Of a DNA stretch of 64,000 bases, positions 8,706 to 18,122 are shown piece by piece (position 1 is the first letter of the stretch; every line of letters starts with the position of its first letter). Under the pieces are notes generated by a model. That model saw nothing but the letters and a program-made list of their open reading frames with translations. It did no database searches and had not been told where the DNA came from. The stretch is taken from positions 63,105 to 127,104 of the forward strand of contig JAAVID010000003.1 of NCBI GenBank assembly GCA_014799395.1, read 5' to 3'. Origin of the DNA: Oscillospiraceae bacterium. Its GTDB lineage: Bacteria; Bacillota; Clostridia; Oscillospirales; Ruminococcaceae. Made by a program: the position numbers and the translations under genes.

Positions 8706-11700
8706 TTATCTCCCCTTACCGTTAGTAATATACAAATCGACGCTTTCGTTCGGGCTGTACTTCTCAACGACCGTAGTCTGTTCCAGTCTGCCGTTTATGT
8801 AGACGTTCAGCGTGATAGGCGCTTGCTCGTCGCTTTGCGTTTCCGAGTAAGGCGCGGGCTGTGCCGCCATTGCCTTATACTGCGCTGATGTTAGCGGCAT
8901 TTCCGCCGCTGCGCGCATATCGCCGAGCATACCGTTGACGTTAGCCTTGAAATCAAATTCGGTCGGCACGGAGTTCTCGATCTGCTTTCCAACGTCTTTC
9001 ATCGCGTCCTCAAAGCCTCCGCCGAGACCGAGCGCCATATTGTCGCCGATACCCGCGAAAACCGTTGACGGAGAGTGAATGCCGAGCATATTTTTGACGC
9101 CGTTGACAATATCGTCGAAGAACCCGAAAACCTTGTCGCCGAGCCATTCGCCCATACTTTCAAGCCCCTGCCACAGACCCTCTACAAGATTTTTGCCAAT
9201 ATTTAGCATTTGTGGGATTTCTTCGGAAAATCCGCTCACCATAGCGCTGATAAGCTCGGGGATTCGTTTCAAGAGGTCGGGGATAGCCTTCACCAAGCCC
9301 ATTCCGATCTGCACTGTTAAGCCGAATCCAAGCTCTAAAATCTGTGGCAGTGATTCGGTGATTGTGGTCACGAGCCCGCTCGTGATCTGCGGAACCGTTT
9401 CGCCTAAAAAATTTGGCAGAGCAGAAATCAGTCCGTCCGCCAAATTTAAAAGCAAATCTATTCCCAATTCCAAGATAGTCGGCAAATTTTCGTTTATCGA
9501 ACCGACAATGCCGTTTATCACTATCGGCAATGTTTCGAGCAGCTTTGGAATTGCTGTCAAGATACCATTTCCGAGTGTTTTGAGCAAATTCATTCCAAGC
9601 TGTAAAATTGTCGACAGATTATTGCTGTCTGTAAATCCGTTAATGACGGTTTGAATTACCTCAACGGACATCGTCAAGAGCTCGGGCAAAGCGGTACTTA
9701 TGCCTTTAATCAGTTCGTCGAGAATTAGCTGCCCAGATCGCAAAATTTCAGGAAGCGCGGTTTTAAGTGAACTTACGAGCGATTTTATGATCTGCGGCGT
9801 TTTGGCTGTTAATTTTGGGATAGCGCTTAAAATTCCCGTCGTCAATCCTTTGATTATTTGCAAACCTGCCGAAAGCAGCTTGTCCGCATTGTCGACCAGA
9901 GATTGAACGACGGTCATCAGCATATCTACGGCGACCGGCAGCAAAGTCGGCAGAGCGCTTGAAATGCCGTCGGAAAGTGATTTTACCATATTTACAGCCG
10001 ATGTCGTGAGCATTTCGGCGTTTTCCGACAAACTTCCAACGAGCGTCTGAATTATTTCCGATCCCGCAGAAAACAATTTCGGCAAAATATTATTTGCGAT
10101 AGAGTCCACCAACTTCATCGTAATGTCTAATGCCGCACTCGCGACAGCACCGATATTTGACGTAATCCCCTCTACCAAAGCGTCAATAAGACCGATACCC
10201 GCATCGAGGATAGAAGTCAGCAGCTCGTTATCGGTTAAAAGCGGTATAATCTTTTCGGACAGCATAGGTCCAAGCGCCGCAACCGCCTCGGAAATACCCT
10301 GCATTATTTGTTCAAGTCTGGGTATAACGTTTTCGCCGACAGTCACAATGCTTTCAAAAAGGCTGTTCATAAGCTCCGCGACATTGCCGCTTGCTGCAAG
10401 TCCGACCGTAAAATTTTCCCACGCAGACTTTAAAGAAGAAACACTTCCCTCAATCGTCGTACTTGCTTCTTTGGCGGTGGTACCCGTGATACCCATTTCG
10501 GTTTGAATAACATGGATAGCCTCAACTATATCCGCATAAGACGATAGATCGTAATGCACATTGGATATTGCCTCCGCGTCGGCGAGCAAGCGCTCCATTT
10601 CCTCTTTAGTGCCGCCATATCCGAGCTTGAGGTTATCAAGCATTGTATAATTCTGCTTTGCAAAGCCATTATACGCGCTCTGAATGGCGTCCATCGTCGA
10701 ACCCATCTTATTAGCGTTATCGGACATGTCGATAATAGCCATATTAGCAAGCTCTGCCGCTCGCTGTACGCTTTCGCCCGTTTTTTCGCTCGCGCTGTTG
10801 GCGGCTTCGGCTTCAGCTAATCTATCCTTATTTGCAGCCTTTAATTCGGCTAACTGAGCCTTGTTTGCGGCTTTCAGCTCCGAAAGTTCATCTTCGTTAG
10901 CGCGCTTAAGCGCTTTCAGATCTGCTTCTTTTTGCGCTGTCAGCGCGTCAACGTTTGTGCTCTTGTTCTTTTTGGCGAGAGCGATTTTGTCAGCCCAGCT
11001 TTTTTGAATAGCCTTGTATTCGTCGTCAAGCTCCCGCTTTCTCGCCTTGTATTCATCGTCGAGCGCCTGTTTGGTTATGTCATATTCCTCGCCAAGAGCC
11101 GCGTCAAGTTCGTCTATGTCCTGCTGTGCCCCTCTGCCCGTGCTTTGAATAAGCGCGGCAGAAAAACTCGTGACGGTCTCCATGTAGTCGTTTGCGGACA
11201 TTCCCGCCGTCTTAAAGGCATTTTCGGCGTTTTCCATTACCAAGCTCTGCGCGTCTTGCAGTCTTTGGTATTCGTCCGCTATCTCGTCAACGGTTTTTCC
11301 CTGCTCCTCGGCATATTCTTCAAGACTTTTTCCGCCCGTTCCGAAGAGTGTTTCAACGCCGCCGACAAGCTGCTCGTAATTGGCGTACCCCTCAAGCGCC
11401 GTTTTGGACAAAGTGGCGACGGCAGCAGATGCCGCTCCTATTGAAGCACCTATCGCCGCAACACTCGCCGAAACAGCCTTTCCAACACCCTTGAGCATTT
11501 TGCCCAGGTTCTCAAATCCGGAGCCCGATTTCTCTACCTCGGCGGCGGCTTTTTTTGTCTCGTTAGCAAAGTCCTTAACATTGTCCTCCGCATCGTCAAA
11601 GGCTTTCCCCGCGGTCTCAATTGCTCTATTGTTTGAGGCGAGAGTCCGCTGCATATCGTTCAGCTCTGCTTCGGCATTGTTGAGCTGAGTGCGCCACGCC

Positions 11701-11975
11701 TTTGTGCGGTTGTCGTTCTCGCCGAACGAGTTTGCCGCGTTCTCCAAAGCCTTGCGCAGCGTTTCAATCTTGCTTTTCTGCGCGTCGATCTGCTTGTTGA
11801 GCACTTCATTTTGCGCCGTAAGCGATTCGACGGATTTGTCGTTCTTGTCGAACTGCGAAGTTGCGAGCGCCATTTCGGACGTCAGTTCCTTAAATTCGGC
11901 ATTGATATCCTTTATCGCCTTTTTAAAATCGCGCTCGCCTTCAACGCCGATCTTTACGCCTATTTCGTCAGCCAT
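8706..11975 (-). CDS. Tape measure protein
   Basis: 1089 aa; DMSDNANKMG..AYNGFAKQNYTMLDNLKLGYGGT motif; amphipathic repeats; GIHSPS motif. Confidence 0.95.
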   Translation of the reverse strand: MADEIGVKIGVEGERDFKKAIKDINAEFKELTSEMALATSQFDKNDKSVESLTAQNEVLNKQIDAQKSKIETLRKALENAANSFGENDNRTKAWRTQLNNAEAELNDMQRTLASNNRAIETAGKAFDDAEDNVKDFANETKKAAAEVEKSGSGFENLGKMLKGVGKAVSASVAAIGASIGAASAAVATLSKTALEGYANYEQLVGGVETLFGTGGKSLEEYAEEQGKTVDEIADEYQRLQDAQSLVMENAENAFKTAGMSANDYMETVTSFSAALIQSTGRGAQQDIDELDAALGEEYDITKQALDDEYKARKRELDDEYKAIQKSWADKIALAKKNKSTNVDALTAQKEADLKALKRANEDELSELKAANKAQLAELKAANKDRLAEAEAANSASEKTGESVQRAAELANMAIIDMSDNANKMGSTMDAIQSAYNGFAKQNYTMLDNLKLGYGGTKEEMERLLADAEAISNVHYDLSSYADIVEAIHVIQTEMGITGTTAKEASTTIEGSVSSLKSAWENFTVGLAASGNVAELMNSLFESIVTVGENVIPRLEQIMQGISEAVAALGPMLSEKIIPLLTDNELLTSILDAGIGLIDALVEGITSNIGAVASAALDITMKLVDSIANNILPKLFSAGSEIIQTLVGSLSENAEMLTTSAVNMVKSLSDGISSALPTLLPVAVDMLMTVVQSLVDNADKLLSAGLQIIKGLTTGILSAIPKLTAKTPQIIKSLVSSLKTALPEILRSGQLILDELIKGISTALPELLTMSVEVIQTVINGFTDSNNLSTILQLGMNLLKTLGNGILTAIPKLLETLPIVINGIVGSINENLPTILELGIDLLLNLADGLISALPNFLGETVPQITSGLVTTITESLPQILELGFGLTVQIGMGLVKAIPDLLKRIPELISAMVSGFSEEIPQMLNIGKNLVEGLWQGLESMGEWLGDKVFGFFDDIVNGVKNMLGIHSPSTVFAGIGDNMALGLGGGFEDAMKDVGKQIENSVPTEFDFKANVNGMLGDMRAAAEMPLTSAQYKAMAAQPAPYSETQSDEQAPITLNVYINGRLEQTTVVEKYSPNESVDLYITNGKGR

Positions 11976-11987
11976 ACCCTCACCTCC

Positions 11988-12206
11988 TCATATCCCGTCG
12001 GGAATAATCTCGTCAATAAAGTGTTCAACAACAGGCTCCGCCAAGCCGTGGAACTGCTTGTACAGTTCTACCTGGTCGAGCAGATGTCCGATCCCCATCT
12101 CCCAGACCTCCGCCTCGGCACGTCCGAGCAGAGTCACGCCGTAAAAAATAAGCCGCTCGAAAACCGCCTCGTCGGACAGCGAGGCGGCACGGCTTACGCG
12201 TTTTTT
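11988..12206 (-). CDS. -1 frameshift extension of tail assembly chaperone (gpGT-like)
   Basis: Slippery A AAA AAC at 12200-12206, open -1 frame (..LSDEAVFERLIFYGVTLLGR..IIPDGI*). Confidence 0.8.
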   Translation of the reverse strand, partial: KKRVSRAASLSDEAVFERLIFYGVTLLGRAEAEVWEMGIGHLLDQVELYKQFHGLAEPVVEHFIDEIIPDGI

Positions 12207-12559
12207 GACTGCTCGGAAACGATAGAACGCGACGTTCCGCGCGACATTGCGAGCAGAATAGCGTCCTGCATACCTTCCAGATCATCAAGACCTGCCATAA
12301 GCTCCACATCTTCGATGGTAAGCAGAGGCTTTTCCTCTCCGATGTGTGCGCGGTTATAGGTCATAATGGGCTGATTTGCAAGCAATATTATCAGCCATAC
12401 AACGTCATCGATCGTGTCCATTATGTTCGAATTATTCGCCATGGATTCGCCGAGTTTCTCCAAACCGCCGTATTTCTCGCTGATCTCCTTGACCGCGCGG
12501 ACAGACATAAATAAAGGATATTCCTTACCGCCGAGTGTGATTTTAGCCTCGTTTTCCAT
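12194..12559 (-). CDS. Tail assembly chaperone (gpG-like)
   Basis: Between MTP and TMP; ITLGGKEYPL..VKEISEKYGGLEKL. Confidence 0.85.
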   Translation of the reverse strand: MENEAKITLGGKEYPLFMSVRAVKEISEKYGGLEKLGESMANNSNIMDTIDDVVWLIILLANQPIMTYNRAHIGEEKPLLTIEDVELMAGLDDLEGMQDAILLAMSRGTSRSIVSEQSKNA

Positions 12560-12562
12560 AGA

Positions 12563-13198
12563 TTACTCTCCCTTCGACAAAGACTTAGACAGCGACATTT
12601 CGCTTGCGGTACTTACAGTGTTTGCTGCACTTCCAGAAGGTTCGTAAACCTTTTCGTACCACTTATCAATGGTCGGTTTGTTCTCCTTGGTTTCGTCCAA
12701 CTGTGCTTTCCAGTTATGTTTACCATTGATCTCCTTTATGCGCTGCGAGATCGCACCCTCAATTGAAGGCGTTTTGAAATTTATGCTGTCGCCCTTTGTT
12801 TCGTGGCTGTCGGAGGGCGTCGCAAACTTAACGCGATATATCCAGTAATAGCGGTATGTACCGTTAGACTTTTTCGCGCGAAATCCGATTGCAACGTAAT
12901 TTCCCACGTCCTCGCCAGAGGAAATTACAACGCCGTTCTCATCGATGAATGCACCTGCCAAATCGCTAAGTACTTCCGGAGAAAGGTCGTCAATGCCGAT
13001 TGTTATAGTTCCGCCCGCGAATTCCTTAGAGCTTTCGGAAGCGCTGTCATCGGCGTAAAGGATAGCCTCCGCGATCTCTACCGACAAATCAACAGTCATT
13101 GCCTTTGCCAGCTTTTTCGGGGTTCCGTAGTTCTCCTCGCCGTTTTCGTTCTCGGTGATAATTGAATAATACAGCTTATCCAAGCCTATAGTTGCCAT
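12563..13198 (-). CDS. Major tail protein (phi13-like)
   Basis: MATIGLDKLYY..LYADD..VAIGFRAKKSNG.YRYYW..TKGDSINF. Confidence 0.92.
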   Translation of the reverse strand: MATIGLDKLYYSIITENENGEENYGTPKKLAKAMTVDLSVEIAEAILYADDSASESSKEFAGGTITIGIDDLSPEVLSDLAGAFIDENGVVISSGEDVGNYVAIGFRAKKSNGTYRYYWIYRVKFATPSDSHETKGDSINFKTPSIEGAISQRIKEINGKHNWKAQLDETKENKPTIDKWYEKVYEPSGSAANTVSTASEMSLSKSLSKGE

Positions 13199-13211
13199 AA
13201 AATACCTCCTG

Positions 13212-13544
13212 TCAATTAACCCCAGCTACCTCAATGATGTAGTGGTGATAACCCGTGTCTTGTTCATACTCCATATACCGCCGGCTTGAAATTGTGATGT
13301 CGGCGGCTATAAGAGCGTTTGTGACCTCGTCCCGAAAGCCGAGATAATTGCCTTTGCAGTATAACTGGAGCGCCGCGCCCTCAACAAAGTCAAGCGGCTT
13401 GTCGTCCGCGTAAGTAATATCGTCATTTTCGGGAATGATCACAATAAATTTGTTGATTTTGCCGCTGTCGGTCGGGTTTTCCATAACGGATACGGGAACC
13501 CCCGGCAGCGCTAACGCCACGTTAATGCGCTCGGTCAAATTCAT
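13212..13544 (-). CDS. Tail terminator/completion protein
   Basis: Position; YEQDTGYHHY motif. Confidence 0.75.
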   Translation of the reverse strand: MNLTERINVALALPGVPVSVMENPTDSGKINKFIVIIPENDDITYADDKPLDFVEGAALQLYCKGNYLGFRDEVTNALIAADITISSRRYMEYEQDTGYHHYIIEVAGVN

Positions 13545-13972
13545 AATTTATCCACCTTCTTGTCAAAGGTCTCGACCATAGTCTGTACGCACTGCTTTTT
13601 TGTCGCCGATATTGCGGGCTTGAGCCACGGCTTTGCCGCCATATCGGAACGCCCGTGCTCCAGAACCATAGCCTTTAACGCGTTAGGAACGCCGTCGCTG
13701 TCATAGCCGTAAATACCGACCTTGATATGCCAGTCGCCGTTCGCGACCTGATACGCCTTTGTGACCCTGACAGCCTTGATAAGATTACCCTTAGAACGCG
13801 GTTTCGACTTTGTTCCCTTGCCGATAACCTCCTTGAGATTGCTTTCTATCTGCTTTTGCAGCGGCTCTATGCCGTCGGAAAGCATATCCTGTACAATAGC
13901 GTCATACTCCGTTCCCAGCCGCTCCAGTTTTTTCAGCGTTTCCTCCGGGAGCTTTAAGGTCATTCGCGCCAT
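13541..13972 (-). CDS. HK97 gp10-like protein
   Basis: LEHGRSDMAAKPWLKPA motif. Confidence 0.85.
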   Translation of the reverse strand: MARMTLKLPEETLKKLERLGTEYDAIVQDMLSDGIEPLQKQIESNLKEVIGKGTKSKPRSKGNLIKAVRVTKAYQVANGDWHIKVGIYGYDSDGVPNALKAMVLEHGRSDMAAKPWLKPAISATKKQCVQTMVETFDKKVDKL

Positions 13973-14285
13973 AGGTCCACTCCTTTGCCATAACCGTTGT
14001 GATGTTGTCGCGGCGGTTGTTGAGCACAGACGTTATCTCGTAAATGCTGTCACCGCACACCACGCGCATTGTGTTGTCGATCTTCGGATTATACCGAATA
14101 AAAATTTTGACGGTAGTTTCCGCCGTTTCGGTATCCGCCGAGAGATATTCCCGTGACGAAACGGCGGTAATATCCGCCCAAACAGAAAGGACGGGCTCCC
14201 ACTGCTTAGTGACAAAACCGTCCTTGTCCTTATCGCTTTTATACCGCTGAAATTCGGCGCGGTACCGCATTCTGCCTAATTTCAA
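13902..14285 (-). CDS. Head closure protein
   Basis: MKLGRMRYR..VWADI...FIRY..IDNTMRV. Confidence 0.85.
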   Translation of the reverse strand: MKLGRMRYRAEFQRYKSDKDKDGFVTKQWEPVLSVWADITAVSSREYLSADTETAETTVKIFIRYNPKIDNTMRVVCGDSIYEITSVLNNRRDNITTVMAKEWTYGANDLKAPGGNAEKTGAAGNGV

Positions 14286-14578
14286 AAGTAATCACCCCGC
14301 CGTATGCCGAAAAGCAGCGCACGGAGCGACAATGTGAGCTTATCGTGATCCGCCTCCTCGCGGTGCTCGTACAGATAAGCCGACGCGTACAGTATGCCCA
14401 TACGCATCATCTTGACCTCGTGCTCGTCGAGCTCGCCGTCTATCCTCGCGACATCGCGGCACATGGTCTCCGCGGTCTCGTTCAGATGTTCCAGGAATTT
14501 GTCCTCGTCATTGCTGTCAATGCGCAAATAGCCTTTAAGCTCTTCAAGATCGACTATCATTGCCGCTCCTTTCCGCAA
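14282..14578 (-). CDS. Head-tail connector (gp6-like)
   Basis: LEELKGYLRIDSNDED..YLYEHRE. Confidence 0.88.
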   Translation of the reverse strand: MRKGAAMIVDLEELKGYLRIDSNDEDKFLEHLNETAETMCRDVARIDGELDEHEVKMMRMGILYASAYLYEHREEADHDKLTLSLRALLFGIRRGDYF

Positions 14579-15766
14579 TTATGTACCGCTTTTCTCCGCA
14601 GATGTGAATTTCAGTATCTGAACCGCCTCACGCAGCACAAGAATACCGTCAACACGCTGCTGCATAATAAAGCCGACCATTCCCTCGTCTGCAAAGCGCT
14701 CACCAAGACGCTTAATAGAACGTGTGCCGCGGTCACCGATCTTGTAATACCTGAAATCACCGAATGCGATTTTGTCCTTGGGAGCGTCTGTAGAGGTGTA
14801 TAACTTATACCCCATAAGCGTATCGGGCTCTCCGGCTATCATAGACGGCTGCCACATAAATGCACCACTGCCGTCCTTAAGCTTACGCAAAGCGGCTACG
14901 CTCATATCATTCATAATAAGCGAGGCGTTCTTGCGATACGGGCGCTTGAGCGCATAAATAAGGTCGAGAATATTATCGGAATCGACACTTTTCCCAGCAG
15001 CGGTTACAGCAAGTGTACCGCCCTTTGCTGTATCAAAGATACCGGTCGGACCCTTTACTCCGTCGCCGTTAAGAAACTTCTCCTCCTCGGCATTTCCGAT
15101 TGCCGACGCAAAGGAGTCCATAAGCTCCCCCTCGAGATTGTAAGCATTATCCTGAAGAAGTTCTTCGGAAACCTTTACCGCAACCGTAAGTTTGTGTGCG
15201 TCAAGAATAACCTCTCCGAACTTCGCCTCTCCGAAATCAATCTTGCCGCCCTCATCTGTCCAAGCAGCAACGGGCTTTTCCGCAAGAAACGGTATTTTGC
15301 GTTCGCCACTGGTCGTAACTATGGTTCCGAGCATACGCATTATATTTTCTCCCTCAAGTGCCTTGACTAAGTTCTTATCCCACTCATCGGGCACAAGATA
15401 TCCGCCGTCCGCTGCAACGCCTTCCTGCAACACATTTTCAATAGCGCGGAAGTTAGAACGAACCGCGTTGAAAAATGCCGCCTTATACTCGTTGGACGCT
15501 CTGCCCGTCTTTTCGGGCGCGTTCTTTGCCGACGGAGTAGTCAAAATCGGCGAGCTCGTAGGCTTTGCAAGCTCCGCGTCGATTCTCTCCTGCTGTTCAA
15601 GGCGCTTTACCGCCTTGTTGATGTCCTCAAGTTCAGCCTCCATTTTGGCATATGTAGCATCGTCCTCCGCGGACAGCGTTCCCTTTTCGGTTGTGTGCGA
15701 ATTGAGAAACCCCTTCATCGAATCCCAGTGTTTCGCGCGCTTTTCCAGCATTTCATTAAGTGTCAT
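14579..15766 (-). CDS. Major capsid protein (HK97 fold)
   Basis: Coiled-coil delta domain, DGGYLVP, VSEELLQD, GAFMWQP, FGDFRYY. Confidence 0.95.
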   Translation of the reverse strand: MTLNEMLEKRAKHWDSMKGFLNSHTTEKGTLSAEDDATYAKMEAELEDINKAVKRLEQQERIDAELAKPTSSPILTTPSAKNAPEKTGRASNEYKAAFFNAVRSNFRAIENVLQEGVAADGGYLVPDEWDKNLVKALEGENIMRMLGTIVTTSGERKIPFLAEKPVAAWTDEGGKIDFGEAKFGEVILDAHKLTVAVKVSEELLQDNAYNLEGELMDSFASAIGNAEEEKFLNGDGVKGPTGIFDTAKGGTLAVTAAGKSVDSDNILDLIYALKRPYRKNASLIMNDMSVAALRKLKDGSGAFMWQPSMIAGEPDTLMGYKLYTSTDAPKDKIAFGDFRYYKIGDRGTRSIKRLGERFADEGMVGFIMQQRVDGILVLREAVQILKFTSAEKSGT

Positions 15767-15779
15767 ATTGTTATCCTCC

Positions 15780-16490
15780 TTAAAAATAATTCTTGATCAT
15801 ATCCAGCCGTGCGGAAAGTTCATCAACGCGCCTTCCGCCGTCCTTTTCTTCCGCGCAGAGCTTATTTACCAGCGCGTTATTTACTGTTTTCTGCGAGAAC
15901 ATCACCGAATTTTCAGCCTTGCTCTCACCGCCGATTATCTCATCTGCAAACCCAAGCTCGACCGCCTTGTTTGCGTTCATCCAGGTCTCCTCGTCCATCA
16001 GCTTGGACAGGCGATTTCTCGCAAGACCCGTTTTACGTTCGTAAGCGTTGATAATGCTCTCCTTGCATTCGTCAAGCATTTCGATCGCTCTCTGCATATC
16101 CTTGTGATCGCCCCAGGAAATGGTTGACGGATTATGTATCATCATCATACCGACGGGCGACATCTGCACAACATCGCCCGCCATTGCTATAACGCTCGCC
16201 GCCGATGCCGCGATACCGTCGATCTTGACCGTAACCTTGCCCTTGTAATCCTTGAGCATATTGTATATCTGCGCCGCCGCGAAACAGTCGCCGCCCGGGG
16301 AATTTATCCATACGGTAATATCTCCCACACCTTTTTCCAACTCCGCCTTGAAAAGCTCGGGCGTGACGTCATCGTCAAACCAGCTATCCTCCGCGATAGC
16401 GCCGTCAAGGTAAAGTGTGCGTTCTTCGGTATCCGCGCCAATATCGTTGTTCATCACTTTGACGCTTTTCCAGTTCCAGAATTTCTTCAC
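15780..16490 (-). CDS. ClpP-type prohead protease
   Basis: INSPGGD, DGIAASAASVI, MIHNP, ETWM..AVELGFAD. Confidence 0.95.
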   Translation of the reverse strand: MKKFWNWKSVKVMNNDIGADTEERTLYLDGAIAEDSWFDDDVTPELFKAELEKGVGDITVWINSPGGDCFAAAQIYNMLKDYKGKVTVKIDGIAASAASVIAMAGDVVQMSPVGMMMIHNPSTISWGDHKDMQRAIEMLDECKESIINAYERKTGLARNRLSKLMDEETWMNANKAVELGFADEIIGGESKAENSVMFSQKTVNNALVNKLCAEEKDGGRRVDELSARLDMIKNYF

Positions 16491-17749
16491 TCGTTCTCCT
16501 CCTCACCTTTGTTATAAGCCGCTCCCGCGCTGTTCAGAGGGAGCATATTGCCGTTGACGAGATACAGATCGCCGCCGTCCTCTGCGGGTATCCTGTCGAG
16601 ATTTTCCAGCTCGCGGATATCGTTTGCGGACATCCAGCCGTTTTGTCTCGCGATAGCGTAGCCGTTCATGCGGCTTTCATAATCGCCGCGCATAAGCCCG
16701 TCAACATTGAATTTAATGGAATGGTCGCGCTTTTCCGAGGGCAATAAAAGAGCTCTTGCCAAACCTTGTTCCCAGCGCACTATCCACGGTTCAAGTGTAA
16801 ACTTGACAAATCCGATAGATTGCTGTTCGACATTTGAAAACGTCGCTTTTTCAAGGTCGCCTATCATATGTGGCGGCACTCTATATATACTCGCAATCTC
16901 GCTGCGCTGAAATTTACGCGTTTCGATAAATTGTGCCTGATCGGGCGGTATCGAGATCGGGGAGTACTTCATTCCCTCCTCCAGAACAACGACCTTTCCC
17001 GAATTGCCCGAACCGCCGTAAACGCTCTGCCAGCTTTCACGCAGCTTATCTGGATTTGTAATAGTTCCGGGGTGTTCAAGAACTCCGGCGGGTGCCGCTC
17101 CCTTTTCAAAGAACCGAGCGCCGAATTCATCACACGCGATATTCATTCCGATAGCGTTCTTAGCCATTGCAATCGGCGAATATCCGACCAGCCCGTCAAA
17201 TCCAAGCCCCGGGATATGCAGCACGTCGCGCGGCGACAAGCGGTAAACGCCGTTCGGCATTGTTTTTGCGTCGTCCGCGTATTTCGTATATTCATAATAC
17301 AAACGCCCGTCGCTGTCGCGGTCGACCGTCATTCTGTCCGGCATAAGCGGATACAGCGCCACAACCTCGCCGCGCCCGTTGCGTATGATCTGCGCATACG
17401 CGTTCCCCCACAATAACAGGTGTGTCATAAGCGTTTCAAAAAACACTATGCTTGTCATCTCGGGGTTGGGCTCATTGTGCAGCAGATAAAACAAAGGATT
17501 GTTTATATCCTTTGTTTTGCTGCCGTTCGCCTCGAGCCGATAAACGTTAAGCGGCAGACTTGCCACGCCCTCCGCCAAAACGCGGACGCAGCTGTAAACC
17601 GCCGACACCTGCATTGAGGTTCGCGCGTTTACCCGTTTTCCGCTTGTGCTCATTCCGGGATAGAACATATACGCCGAGCCGCTCGTGCTGTCGGTCACGG
17701 GGTGATCTCTCGACCGAAAGAGATTACTGAAAAAATCCTTAAAAGCCAT
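16487..17749 (-). CDS. Portal protein (HK97 family)
   Basis: AVYSCVRVLAE, LLLWGNAY, VLHIPGLGFDGLVGYSPI, VPPHMIG. Confidence 0.96.
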   Translation of the reverse strand: MAFKDFFSNLFRSRDHPVTDSTSGSAYMFYPGMSTSGKRVNARTSMQVSAVYSCVRVLAEGVASLPLNVYRLEANGSKTKDINNPLFYLLHNEPNPEMTSIVFFETLMTHLLLWGNAYAQIIRNGRGEVVALYPLMPDRMTVDRDSDGRLYYEYTKYADDAKTMPNGVYRLSPRDVLHIPGLGFDGLVGYSPIAMAKNAIGMNIACDEFGARFFEKGAAPAGVLEHPGTITNPDKLRESWQSVYGGSGNSGKVVVLEEGMKYSPISIPPDQAQFIETRKFQRSEIASIYRVPPHMIGDLEKATFSNVEQQSIGFVKFTLEPWIVRWEQGLARALLLPSEKRDHSIKFNVDGLMRGDYESRMNGYAIARQNGWMSANDIRELENLDRIPAEDGGDLYLVNGNMLPLNSAGAAYNKGEEENE

Positions 17750-17788
17750 AGTTAAACTCCTTTTGGTTCAAACAAAACTGTTTACTTC

Positions 17789-18091
17789 TTATTTCCGCTT
17801 AAAATCATTACATTTACAATCTAAATCGCATGCAGGATTATTAGGGTAATAAGAGCCCATATACCAAGTACCGCCATTGTCAATGGCGTGCTTGCAACTT
17901 CTGCAATATCCCGTACACACCCTATCACCTTTGAGTGTCTTTCTCAGCAACGCTATCTCGTTATCTTTGAGCCTGCAATTTTCTTTGTTGTTTACGAGGT
18001 CATTTTCGAGTTGACTTATTTGCAAGCTCTTTTGATCGATAATGCGTTCAAGCTCTTTGATTTTGGATTTTAACGCAATTTTGCTCTCCAT
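17789..18091 (-). CDS. AT-rich hypothetical protein between terL and portal
   Basis: ORF track; coiled coil plus Cys cluster. Confidence 0.65.
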   Translation of the reverse strand: MESKIALKSKIKELERIIDQKSLQISQLENDLVNNKENCRLKDNEIALLRKTLKGDRVCTGYCRSCKHAIDNGGTWYMGSYYPNNPACDLDCKCNDFKRK

Positions 18092-18122
18092 ATAAATCCT
18101 CCGTTAATTTAGAAAAAATTTA

